64,000 nucleotides of DNA, taken from Neocallimastix sp. 'constans' (Eukaryota). Below, one piece after another: positions 39,200 through 52,229 of the stretch. Below the pieces are notes generated by a model. It did no database searches and was not told where the DNA came from. It saw only the letters and a list, made by a program, of their open reading frames with translations. The translations under genes and the position numbers were made by a program. Each line of letters opens with the position of its first letter. The first letter of the stretch is position 1. The stretch covers positions 434,001 to 498,000 of the forward strand of contig JBODTK010000124.1 in NCBI GenBank assembly GCA_050613775.1, written 5' to 3'.

Positions 39200-42100
39200 T
39201 TATTTTATAAAAATTTTATTTGTAAAATTAGTTATTTTGTTTCCATTAAGGTTTTTGGTTAATGGATCGGCCAGCATATCATTTGTACTAATATATTTTA
39301 GTTGAACATTTTTATTTAATATATTTTCATTGTTGAAATGGTAGCTAACACTAATATGTCTAAGCTTTGGATTTAAATGACCTGCTTCAATGCTACTTTT
39401 GCTTGCTTCATTATCCGTGTATATGTCTATAGTTTCAGTTTCTCCAAATAATTCATAAAGTAGATTTTTAATTTGTAATACTTTCTTAATACATTCTGTA
39501 GTACTTAAATATTCAGCTTCGGCAGTAGACGTTGCGACAGTTGTTTGTTTTTTAGAATACCATGAAATAGGATTTGTACCCATTAAGATAATGTGTCCTG
39601 AAGTAGATTTTCTATCATTTGGATCACCGGCAAAATCTGAATCTGTATGTGCATTTATTTTACCTTTACCGTCATATCTTATTTTATAATGTTTTGTTCC
39701 ATTTAAGTATTTTAATATTTTAATAGCTTTTTTCCAATCGGCTTGAGTTGGATTTTCTGATTTTCTAGCGGCAAAGTTAACAGCAAATGCAATGTCTGGA
39801 CGTGTGCATCTTGCAAGATAAATTAAGGATCCGATAATACTTTTGAATTTTATTTTGTCAACAGGTTCATTATCTTCATTATTTTCATTTACTGAACATG
39901 GTGATTTTATTTTCTTTTTATTATTTATACTATATTTATTTAATAGATTATCAATGAATGCTTCTTGTGAGATATAAATATCATTATTTTCTCTTTCTAT
40001 TTTGATTCCTAATATGAAGTCAGCAAATCCACATTTTGATACCTTAAAGTTATCTTTAATTCTTGAAACAATTCTAACAATTTCGAAATTTTCACCTATA
40101 ATTAGCATATCATCAACATAAAGTCCTATAATACAAGTTAGTTCTTCCTTCTGCTTTTTAAAGAAAACACATGGATCAGTGGTGGATTGATGAAATTTGT
40201 TTTCGGTTAAAAATTTTGTAATGGTTTTATTCCACTGGCGGCCTGATTGTTTAAGGCCGTACAATGCCTTATTTAGAATCCAATAGCCTTTACCGTAGTT
40301 TTCATCGCCGTAAGGAATTTCGGTGTAAATTTCTTTGTCTAAGGCGGCGTTTAGATAGGCAGATTTAAAATCTAATTGATAAACAGTCCATTGAAATTGA
40401 GCAGCAAAAGCGAGAAGTAATTTTATACAATCAACGTTTAATGTCGGACTATATGTAAGTTCATAATCGATGCCGTATCTTTGAGCAAAACCTCTTGCAA
40501 CAAGTCTGGCCCTTCTTTTAATAATTTTATTATTTGCATCCTTTTTAATTGCAAAAACCCATCTTGTAGAAATTGGTTGTTTTCCTCTTGGTAGTTTTTT
40601 AACAAAAGTCATTGTATTATTATCATATAAGTTTTTGAGTTCTTCTTGGATAGCAATATCCCATTCATCGGCATGATCACAATTGAGAGCTTTTTGATAG
40701 GTTTTCGGAACTTCTTCATTTTCAGTTTCAATAGTATTAATTAAATTATCATTGTTGTAATTAAAATTATTAGGATTATTATTATAAGAAATAATATTAT
40801 TATGATTATTATTATTATTGTAAATATCAATATTATTATTATTAATATTAGGTTTGAAGTGTTTAATAATATTATTATTGGAAAATTTGGATTTTCTTTT
40901 ATTATTTCTATAAATATTTATGTTATTATTATTTGAATTATTAATAAAATTATTAATATTATTATTATTTTTATCTTCTTCTGATAAAAAATTTTTATTA
41001 ATAAAATTTGATCATTTTTTGAATTAAAATTTTCATTAATTAAAAATTTTTTATTATTAGAATTTTGTATATAATTTGGATTAGAAAAATTTTTGGTGTT
41101 GGAAAAATTTTCATTGGTTATTGTATTGGTATTTGTATTTTGATTAAAATTTTCTAAATTTTGATTAAATTCAGAATTTATTGTATCAGAAAATTTTTTA
41201 CCATTGTATTGATTTTTTGAGCCAATAAGATTGTTGTTATAAGAATTAATAAAATTATTTGAAAAATTTTTATCGTATATTAAATTATTATTATTTAAAT
41301 TTTGTTCATTTTTTGACAAATTTTTATTAATTAAAAATTTTTCATTATTTTGATATGAAAAATTATTATTATTATTTTGATCTGAAATATTATAATTATC
41401 AATATTTAAATTATTGTTAAAGTTATTATTATTAACATTATAATCATCAGGAGAATTATTATTATAATTATTATTATGAATATTAATATTATTAGGTGGA
41501 TTATCAGGAATATTAATGATATTATTATTGTCAGGAATAAAATAATTATCGTCATTATTGTCATAATTGTTGTTGATATTATTATTATTATGTATATTAT
41601 TATTTGTATAATTGCTTAATAAATTGTTGATAAAAGATAAATCTAAGCATAAATTTAATTTATTATTATTGTCTTTAACATAAGGCGAAATTCTTTTTGT
41701 AATATCTTTAGTAATGCAGGCAGGGGTGTCTTCTTGAAATAATACTTCTCTTACTTGATGTAGAGAAAAATTATTATAGTCCATTATTAAATAAGAATTA
41801 GAATCATTACTGAAACCTAAGAAAAAACCCTTTTTGGCGTTAGGATCTAATTTTCCTTTCTTGGGAGAGAAATCCTTATAATAAGCGATGCATCCAAAAA
41901 CTTTAATATGATTAACATGAATGGGAGTACCTTTGATTATTAATTCCTGAATGAGGAGTAAGATTATAAAGATATTTTGAATAACGTATAGCAAAATCCC
42001 AAAATTTAATGTTGAGTTTACTCCAGCTTAATAAACATTTTAGGGAATAAAGAATGGTTTGATTAAATCATTCAGCAATTCCATTATTTTGAGGATTTCT

Positions 42101-44236
42101 TGGAGGAGAATAGAGTTTTCTAATACCATTCTTTTTACAGAATTTGTTGACTCTTCTACTACAATATTCTTTGCCTTGGTCCGATTTGAAATTAGTAATT
42201 TTATAATTTGGAAAAAGATTATTTAAATATTTGAAAAAATTAATAATAATATCGATGGCATCTGATTTTCTTTTCATAGTAAAAATCAAGGCTTTCCTAG
42301 AGAATTCATCAATGAAAGTAATGATGAATTTAAAACCAAAAAATGAATCCGGGAAAGGACCAACAATGTCGGAGTGGATAACATCTAATAACTTGGTAGC
42401 TTTAGGAGTTACCCTGTTGTGAGGTAACCTTTTCATTTTAGCTATTCCACAAGTAATACAATTATTGTCATTGTTATTATGACTTGTGGTGTGTTCCTTT
42501 ATAAATTTTGATAAATCTTTGTGATAGAAGTGACCAAGTCTTCTATGCCAAAGATTATCATTATCGGTGTTCATAATTAAGTTATTATATTTATTATTTA
42601 TTTTGATTCTAAATGTGTTTCTTCCATCAATTGACCTATAAGTATTAATAATATTATTATCATTATCCGTAATGATAAGATGTGGCTCATTATTAATAAG
42701 TTTAGTAATTGATATTAATTCAGTGTAGGCAAATTGTATACCACTAATTAAATTTTTGTTTGCGTGCCTAGAATAAAATACTTTACTTAAAGTAATGTCA
42801 TAACCGTTAATTGAGCCTTTGTATGTACCAAATCCCTCGAATTCCATTTCAGAATTGTTGGCACATGTTAAATTAATTTTGTATTTTTTAAAGTTAGTTA
42901 ATAAACTTCGGTCATTAGTAATATGAACAATTGCACCAGAATCATAGATCCAAGTTGATTCGTTGTTGTCATTAGTAGGGCAATTGTTATTGTTATCATA
43001 ATTATTAATATAATTAGTATTATTAGTGTAATTTATATCATTATTAAGTTCTTTATGTAAATTATTATTTTTACTTTCATAATTATTAAGATTATTATTA
43101 AAATTTTTATTTAATTTATTTTTATCATTTTTATAATTATTAAGGTTATGATTAGATTTATTTAAGTTATTTAAAAATTCAACACTATCAAGACTATTGT
43201 TAATCATGTGACTTAAATTTTCATAATTTATGTCATCATCATAATCAACAGGTAAATTGTTATTTTCAATGTTATTAATATAATTATTACGATTTTTATA
43301 ATTTTTACTATAATTTTTATTATTATTTTTATAACTTTTATTATTATTTTTATCATAATTGTTATTAAATTTATTATTATTATAATTATTGTTATTAAAT
43401 CTGTTATTATAGTTATTATTATTATTATTATTAAATTTAGTTTGATCCATGGTTCCGTTTGTTCTCCCGTTGTAATGGCATTCACTTGTTAAATGACCAC
43501 GTTGGTTACAAATATGGCAGTATTTATTTGGAATTCTTAGTTGAGAATTATTTTGTCTGTGGCTTTTATACCTATTATTTCTGTTAAATACTAGGTCTAA
43601 ATCCATGGGATCATCGTAGTTATTATAATTGTTACGATTATTATGGTTAATTTGTGGCTTGATTATTTTTTGTTCATTCATGCATCTAATAAATATATTT
43701 CTTGATTTGATGAGATCATAATATTCTTCAGCTGTTTTACCAGGTTCAGGCAGGAAAGCAATTTGTAATTCCTTTGGTAGCGCCTTGAACATATATTGGA
43801 TTTTGTCATTTTCACTCATATCGTAATTGGCGGTTTTAAGTTTGTTAAAAGTGTTTAACATGTCAGATAAACATTTTAAAACTTCCATATAGTTTCGAGG
43901 CTTCATAATTTTCAGTTTCTTTTTTAATTTTTCTACAATTAGTTCATCTGCTTCTTGGTTAATATCTTCCAGTTTCCTGATCATGTCAAAGGCAGATTCC
44001 AAATCCTCAATATCTTGATAAATTGATTCATCCACAGACTTGATGATAATAGCAACAACCTTTGAGTTGTTTTTATCGATTTCCCCAAAGTTTTCATGGT
44101 CTCTATCGGTTTCATTGAAAATATTGGTTGTGGCGTAATCAGAGAGATCTTTGGCTTTCAAAATGTTAATGAGTAGCTTTTTCCACATTTTGAAGTTGGA
44201 ACCCTTGTAAACGAAACATTCAGCGCTGTCAGACAT
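39200..44236 (-). pseudogene. Copia-2 Gag-Pol polyprotein, disrupted
   Basis: CHICNQRGHLTSEC, WIYDSGAIVH, WHRRLGH, IHSDIVGP, SDQGKEY, RARLVARGF, YVDD, HTDSDFAG, ADPLTK. Lesions: TGA at 42068-42070 in the integrase NGIAE*FNQT motif, a frameshifting deletion near 41940, and a second frameshift near 41000. Confidence 0.92.
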
Positions 44237-44247
44237 TTTCGGTTGCT

Positions 44248-44261
44248 TGAGACTCTTAATC
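44248..44261 (-). other. Primer-binding site complementary to the tRNA-Lys(CUU) anticodon arm (Copia-2)
   Basis: Minus strand GATTAAGAGTCTCA directly after the 5' LTR. Confidence 0.88.
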
Positions 44262-44495
44262 TATTAAAATTTGTTTTATTAATTAATATAAATTTATTAT
44301 TTATAGAATATAAATAAATGGTTAACAAAGATTTAAAGTACAGAGAAAATTACATGTATTTATATTTAATTGTGGCTTGTTCTAGATACATATTAATTTA
44401 TATTTAATTTATGATTACAATGTATTTAATATAATTTAATTTAATATTTTATTAAACCTAAGCTAGAATATAACTTTATATTAATAAAGTTAACA
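44262..44495 (-). repeat. 5' LTR of Copia-2
   Basis: Direct repeat of 38945-39178. Confidence 0.95.
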
Positions 44496-44740
44496 TATTT
44501 ATTATTTATTTATTTAATTATTCAATTATTTATTATTTATTATTTATTTATTTATTTAATATATTATTTACTCTTTTTATTATTTAATATTCAATTATTT
44601 ATTCTTTTTTTTATTTATTATTTAATTATTTATTTTTTAATTATTTATTATTTATTATTTATTTATTTAATTATTCAATTATTTATTATTATTTATTATT
44701 TATTATTTATTTATTATTTATGTTTTATGATTTATGATGT

Positions 44741-45625
44741 GTATTTCGCAATAGTGCATTTCTCAAAATGTGGCTTAAAATATTTTTAAAAAATAAACGT
44801 ATAAATAAATAAAATTAATAAATAAAAATATTAAATATGTTAAAAATGTTTTATGATTACTCTTATATTTTATCTTAATTTCTATCAATTTTTAGTTTTA
44901 TTTTATTATTAAAATTTTAATAAAATAAAAAAACTATATAATATTGAAATTGATATTAATAATAAAAAAACTATAAAATAATGATATTGATATTAATAAT
45001 AAAAAAAATTATAAAATAATGATATTGATATTAATAATAAAAAAAATTATAAAATAATGATATTGATATTAATAATAAAAAAAACTATATAAAATATTGA
45101 TATTCTATATATATAATTATTTATTATTCAGAATAAATAATATGTAATTTTTAATTTTACAGTAATGTAAAGATATGAAGTATTTATGAAAATATTTTTT
45201 TATTGCTTAATATTTGAAATATTTATTTATATTTATTCAGAATAAAAAATTAGTGTTAATTATTCAATTTTTTAATTAGAAAAATAAAATATTTATTTAT
45301 TTATTTATTATACATAATTTATTATTCATTATTTATTATTCATTATTTATTATTTATTATTTATTATTTATTATTTATTTTTTATTATTTATTATTTATT
45401 TTTTATTATTTATTATTTATTATTTATTATTTATTATAATTTATTTATTTAAAAATATTTTATAATAAAATATTTAAAGACTTTACTTATTTCAAAAATG
45501 ATTTTTATTATTTATTTAATTATTTAATTAATTATTTATTTATTGGTTAAAAAAACTTATATAATGTGGCAATTAATTAAAATATTTTAAGCCACATTGC
45601 AAATTGCACAATTGCAAAATGATAC
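44741..45625. mobile_element. Inverted-repeat (MITE-like) element, copy B, about 0.9 kb
   Basis: Perfect 20-bp inverted repeat AATGTGGCTTAAAATATTTT (44767-44786 / 45579-45598), extending imperfectly outward about 25 bp; non-coding interior with about four 37-38-bp tandem units at 44950-45100. Confidence 0.55.
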
Positions 45626-46158
45626 ATTCTAAATTTATTTATATATTTATGTATTATTAATTGATAAATGCCAAGATTATTAAAAAAAAATTTAATATAA
45701 TATGTATATATATATTGTATACATTTTAATTACAAATTTTTAATAACTAATATTAATTAAATTTTTAATAATTAATAGTATATAGAGTATTAGCTATATA
45801 GTAAAGTTTTTTATATTAAAAATATTAATTTTTATATTCTTTAAATAAAAAAAATAATAATACTTATTTGTTGTGTAACGTTTAAAAAAGATAAATATTT
45901 AAATTTTAACTTTTTTATTTTATACATGAATTATTGTTATCGTTTACATTTTTATTAAAGTATTACATATTTTCTATCCAAGGTTAACTTATATCATTAA
46001 CAATAATATAGTAAAATAAATATTGAATTAATATTTAGTATTTTATTCTATTCTATTACAGCTAAATAAATAAATAAATAATAAATAATAAATTATAAAT
46101 AATAAATTATAAATAATAAATAATAAATTATAAATAATAAATAATAAATAATAAATAA

Positions 46159-46198
<40 letters not shown>

Positions 46199-47063
46199 AT
46201 TAATATTATTATTTTATTGGTCAAATCATATACCCTAACCTAATTATTATTAGGGAGTAATAATTTAAGGTTGAAACGATGAAGTATAATAAAACAAACA
46301 AATTAAAATTTTGTGTCTAAAATTTTTCTTTTTCTTTTTTTTTTTTTTTATTTTTAATTTTAAATTAATAAAATATAAAAATTAATTGTATAACCTTTTT
46401 ATTTAATATTAAAATTTTTCCCTTTTTTAGAAAATAATAAAAAAATAAATTATTTTTATTTAATTTACTCCTTATAATAATAATAAGAATGGTTACACAA
46501 ATGATTTGTAAAACTGATTTGGTAATTATATATTAATATATATAAAGATTAATAAATAGAAAGATATAAAAGAAAAAAAAAAAAAAAAGAAAAAAAAGTA
46601 TATTTATATTTATATATATTTATCTATATAAATATAATACATATAATATATATAAATTTATAATAAAAAGAAATGTTTAAAAAGATTTAAATTAAAAATT
46701 ATTCATTAGGGTTACATAATATTAATACTTTAAAAATAATCATAATAAATTGAAATTTTTTAAAATATAAAAATTTTTCAAAATATATATAATATATATA
46801 AAATATATAAAATATGAAAATATAAAAATATAAAGATATATAAAGATATACACAATGGATGGGTATTAATTTTATATTAATATTTAATAATATTTTAATC
46901 GTAATTTATATATAAATAATTAAAAATATTTTTTTTTTTTTTTTTTTTTAAAAAAAAATTATATTTTTATTATTATATGAAAAGTAATTTTAATTCTATA
47001 TATAATAATTAAACAATATAGAAGAATTTAAGATATTATAAAAATAAAAAAAAAAGGATAAAA

Positions 47064-47265
47064 AATAAAATAAAATAAAATAAAATAAAATAAAATAAAA
47101 TAAAATAAAATAAAATAAAATAAAATAAAATAAAATAAAATAAAATAAAATAAAATAAAATAAAATAAAATAAAATAAAATAAAATAAAATAAAATAAAA
47201 TAAAATAAAATAGAATAAAATAAAATAAAATAAAATAATATAAAATAAAATAAAATAAAATAAAA
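47064..47265. repeat. (TAAAA)n pentamer microsatellite
   Basis: Tandem TAAAA units; source of the spurious ILFYF ORFs. Confidence 0.95.
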
Positions 47266-47699
47266 CAATATAAAATAAAATTAAAAATAAAAAATAAAAT
47301 TAAAAATAAAAAATAAAAGAATAGCTTAAAAATTAATAAGCAAAATTTAATCAATTATTTATATATATATATATATATATAAAAGAAAAATAAAGTAAAC
47401 CAAGATAAAACATAATAAAATAGAATAGAATAAAACATAATCAAAAAAGCAAAACAATATAAAATAAAATAATATAAAACATAATCAAACTGATAAAATA
47501 ATATAAAATTGAATAATAAATTAATTATTAAATTCCATTAAGTTGACTTTTTTTTATAATAAGAAGTCAGCAAGATAATTTTAAACAATACAAATATTTT
47601 CAAAGATTTTAATAATAATAGTAATAATAATAATTTATACTAATAACAATAAATGAAAGATATAATTTTATAAAATTATAACTTAATATAAAAAGAAAA

Positions 47700-48055
47700 A
47701 TGAAATTAAACTTATTCAATTTATTTTTATCAACCTTTATTGTTTGTGGAAATGGTAATTAAAAATTTACAAAAATAAAACATTAAATTAGAAAAAAAAA
47801 AATGAAATAATTAAAAATTAATTAAATAAAACTTTTAAAACAATATTAATATTAATATTTTTTTTTCGTATTTTTTTAGCCGAAGTATATAATTTTAGTG
47901 TAATTTCCACTTTGGGTGTTGGAAAAAAAATAGCAGTTGTATATAATAATGGTGAAACAGTTGAAATGAAACCTACTAAATTTCCATGTAAATTAAAATT
48001 ATTCTTTACAAAATTATTAAGTCAACTTTAATAAAATATTTTAATAAAATTTTTC

Positions 48056-48087
<32 letters not shown>

Positions 48088-50055
48088 CTTAAAAAATTAA
48101 TATTAATTATTAATAAGATATTAATTAATCATAAAATTTTATTTTATATATGATGTTATTATATATATTTATATAATTATATAATAATATAATAAATAAT
48201 AATAATTTAATAGTATATGAGGTTTCTGTGGATACACCAAGCATATCTACCTATCATTATGTAGAATTAAATCAATTAAATGCTGTGGCTGGCCAAGAAA
48301 CATTTGAAAGAAATATTAAAGATAAAAAAGAAAATGAGCATGATGTATATAATAGGTATATACATATACATATATATTATTATCTTTCTATTAATAAAAG
48401 TATAAAAAAAAATAATTTTCAAAATTAAAATCAAAATTATAAAATGTTTAATTGAATTAATAAAATAAAATGTATATATATAATAATTATATAATAAACT
48501 TCATATTTATATATGAAATTTAAATTCAATAATTGATATATGTAGAGTAAAAAAAGAAATTATTATTCCAGAACTTCCCCACCCATTTGATGCACAATTT
48601 CCAATGGGTTCCGAAAAATTACAACCAATTCCAGAAGATATTATTTACAATGTTTATGTAGAATGTGATAATGCCACTTATTTATCTGTTAGAGATCAAC
48701 CATTTCTTACTAAAAATGGAGGCAGACAACGTAATGATGTATCAATCACTTGTCCAATAATAAATATTATTACACCAAAGGGTGAATTTTCATCCTCAGG
48801 AACACTTCGTTTAGTAGGTTACGGTAGTCGTTTATATAAAAAGTTATCATGGCTATTGAAACTTGATAAAAAGTTTTTGGGTAGAAAATCCATTAAACTC
48901 AGAGGTATTGCTAATGATCCTACACTACTTCGTGATAAACTTTCTCTAAGTTTATTAAAAGCAGTAGGGATTCCTGTTCAAGAAGGTTCCTTTGCAAGAG
49001 TTTATATTAATAGTGATACTTGGGGTTTGTATTCCTTTATTGATACTCTGAATCCTAAATGGGTGAAAGGCTATATCCATGGCGATGATGATTATAAGAT
49101 TGGTAGTGCTTATAAATTATTTTCTTCTCATCCCGATGGTCCTTATGCTAGTTTGGAATATTTAGGTGACGATTATACGTTATATAAAACGTATACCATT
49201 GATATTGACGAAAAAACGGAAAATGATAATGTAATGGATAATGAAGATGTCAAAGCAAATACTGAAGAAAATTTTAAACCCATGTTGAATTTCATTAAAT
49301 TGTTTCATAATTGGAAAATAAAATATCAAAATGAATTAGAATCAGTAGAGGCTGTAAAAGAACTTGAAACCTTCTTAAATATCGAATTAACACTTAGAAT
49401 TATTGCAATAGAATCATTTGTGATGGCTGTTGATAATTTTACACCCTATCAATCAAATATTGCTATATATTATAATCCTGAACAAAAAAAATATCATTTT
49501 CTTCCCTACGATTATGATGAAGCACTAAAGGGTTATTTTACTGAGTATTTCCCAAAGGATGCCATCAATGATTGTATGAATTGGTATATTACTTCAGATT
49601 ATGTTAATGCAGAAAATTTTGTTAAAGTTTTATTAAAATATAAGCCTATTCGTGATCGATATCTCGTGATATTAGCAAAAGCTTCTAGAACAACCTTTAG
49701 TATTGAATCCGTATCAGCCTATGTTGATGCACTTGCAAATTTAATTAGAGATGATGTTGAATGGAATTTTAATTTAGTTGATCAATACCCTTCCACCTAT
49801 GATGGTTTAATTAATAAATATACCATTCAACATTTTGAAGGAAATCTTAATAATGAACCTGTTCCCTTTATAGAAAATGTCATTGTTAATGATAATCAAT
49901 ATGGTCTTAAACAATTTGTTGAATTAAGAAGTAATGTTTGTCAGGACCTAACTAAAGATATAAAAGTTACTATATCAAAATCTTATCCTTCTTACACTGT
50001 AAAAATATCAAAACTTTTAATTATATCTCTATTTATAATTTTCTTTTTACTTTAA
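47700..50055 (+). CDS. CotH-family protein kinase, secreted, possibly GPI-anchored, about 604 aa, 4 exons
   Basis: Exons 47700-47754, 47880-47987, 48214-48355, 48546-50055 (GT-AG, frame-consistent). Signal peptide; CotH motifs GYGSRLYKKLSW, KLRGIANDPTLLRDKLS, ARVYINSDTWGLY, AVDNF...NIAIY, FLPYDYD; hydrophobic C-terminus ISKLLIISLFIIFFLL; no dockerin seen. Confidence 0.9.
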
Positions 50056-50494
50056 GATTGCATAGAATTTTTTTTTTTTTTATTTTATGATATATTAGTT
50101 AATCAATGAATATTATAATTATAATCATAAAAAAAAAAAAAAAAAAAAGGAGGAAATGATATTGAGGTTGATTTTAAATAATAATACTAATAATATTAAA
50201 ATGTATTTTTTTATTATTATTTAATTTTTTTTTTTTTCCTATTTATAATAAATTTAAATAATATTTTTAGTTTTTTTTATTTTTTATTTTATTACAATAA
50301 AAAAAAAATAATAATATATAAATTATATATATATATATCAAAAGAGATTATGTAATTAAATAGAAAACATTTTTTTATTTATTAAAAAAAAATGTTTAAA
50401 ACAATAATAATATTTTTAATTAAAAAAATTTTAAAAATATATATCCTTATATATATATATATATATACATTTTTTATACTTTTCAACATAAACT

Positions 50495-50820
50495 AAAGTA
50501 ATAATCAAATTTTTTTTTTCTCTCTAAAATTAATGAGTTGATAATGTATTTACACATAGAAAATAGTAATAATAATAGCAATTCAGTTAAATAGAAAATT
50601 TTATAATTAGTAAAATTACTGTTAACAACAACAACAATAATAATAATAATAAAAAAAGTAATAATCAAATTTTTTTTTTCTCTCTAAAATTAATGAGTTG
50701 ATAATGTATTTACACATAGAAAATAGTAATAATAATAGCAATTCAGTTAAATAGAAAATTTTATAATTAGTAAAATTACTGTTAACAACAACAACAATAA
50801 TAATAATAATAAAAAAAGTA
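50495..50820. repeat. Perfect 160-bp tandem duplication
   Basis: 50501-50660 is repeated at 50661-50820, with AAAGTA at all three junctions. Confidence 0.9.
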
Positions 50821-52229
50821 TAATTTAATAAAAAAAAAAAAAAAAAAAAAAACATAAAATTAAATTTGTTAATAAATATAAAAATGATAAAAAATAATTT
50901 TTATTTAAAAACAAATAATACCAAAAAAAAAAACACCAAAGGATAAAAATAAAAAATGAAAGTAAAGGATAAAAAATAAAGAAAAAATAAAATAATGATA
51001 GTAATAATAATTTATTTCAATGAATGTAACTTACATCTAAAAAAAAAGAAATTAAACTATTTTTAGTTTTATAATTAATGATTTGATGAAATGAATTGTT
51101 ATTTTTATTTATTTAATATCTATATATTTATTTATTTATTTATTTAAGAGTTATTTATTTATATATTTAATTTTCATTAAATATTAATTTTTTTATTTAT
51201 TATTTATTTAATATTTATTTATTAATTATTTACTACAAGTAGAGTACGTGAATAGTTGCATTTTTTTATATTTAAATAATATATATAAGGAAAATTAAAT
51301 ATAATAAATTTCATGGATAAAATTATTTTTTTTTTTTCTTAATTGAAATTTTATTGGATAGGATTACTTTTTCAAAAATTTTTTTTATATATATAAATAA
51401 ATAAATACATAATAAATAAATAATTAATTAATTAAAATAATTCCTAAATTCTAAATTAAATAAATAAATAAATATTAAATAAATGAATAAATGAATATTA
51501 AATAAATAAATAAAAGTGATACATTTATTAATGTATTGTACATTATAAATATATATTTAATATTTATATATATCCTATTCATAGTTGATATTCATTTAAT
51601 ATTCATATTTAATATTTATTAACTAATATAAATAATTATAATATAATATATCAAACAATATATAAAAAAATCAAATAATAATTTTATAAATATTTAATAT
51701 ATATAAAAAAAAATGTTATAAAACTGTTTGATATATTATATTATTATTTAGGATGTTTATGTATCATTAATTAATATTTTAAAATATAAAAAAATTTTTT
51801 TTTTTTCTTTTTTCTATTCTTTTTTTTTTTCTTTGCTAAACAGTTTTTCTTTTTCTTTTATCACTCTAGTTATATTTTTTTGTTATATATTTGACAATAT
51901 ATATACTTTTTTTTTGTTTGCTTTGACTATATAGAATAAAAAAGAAAAAAAAAAAGAAGGTAATATTACCATACATACTAATAATATTAGTAATAATAAT
52001 TATATAAAAAAATATTTATTCAAATATAATAAATTGAAATAATATTATTATTTTTCATAATAATGAAATTTAAATAATAAATATTTATTATTCCTTTTTT
52101 TTTTATTTTTTTATTTTATTTTATTTTTTTTTAATCATTTATATTTAAAAAGATCTAGTTGGGGAAATCATATTTTAATAGAAATTAGCAGTAATATATA
52201 ATTAAATAAATAAAAAAAAAAAAAAAAAA

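Larger units (their letters stand above)
38945..44495 (-). mobile_element. Full-length Ty1/copia retrotransposon (Copia-2), 5551 bp
   Basis: 234-bp LTRs 38945-39178 and 44262-44495, identical by eye, with TG...TA ends; TSD TATTT; PBS 44248-44261; PPT GAGGGGGAG 39187-39179. Confidence 0.97.

Noticed and set aside
33126..42070. Programmed stop-codon readthrough in the copia polyproteins
   Set aside because: The stops lie at different positions inside catalytic domains (RT versus integrase), not at the gag/pol junction; more likely mutations.
31682..44261. TGAGACTCTTAATC copies as tRNA-Lys genes
   Set aside because: Only 14-15 nt match with no D or T arm; their position against LTR ends identifies them as PBSs.
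44950..45100. 37-38-bp repeats as a CRISPR array
   Set aside because: Contiguous tandem units with no unique spacers, no cas genes, and a eukaryotic context.
46231..46256. ACCCTAACCTAA / TTAGGG as an interstitial telomere
   Set aside because: Only one or two units, which is expected by chance.
46996..47354. ILFYF-type ORFs, and similar low-complexity ORFs at 5921, 6755, 10480, 12572, 17533, 21768, 27897, 50483, 52681, 53871 and 61994
   Set aside because: Translations of microsatellites, homopolymers or AT-rich non-coding DNA.
51641..51745. Short inverted repeat (ATATCAAACA / TGTTTGATAT) upstream of TIM44
   Set aside because: Short, AT-rich and seen once; insufficient support for an element.
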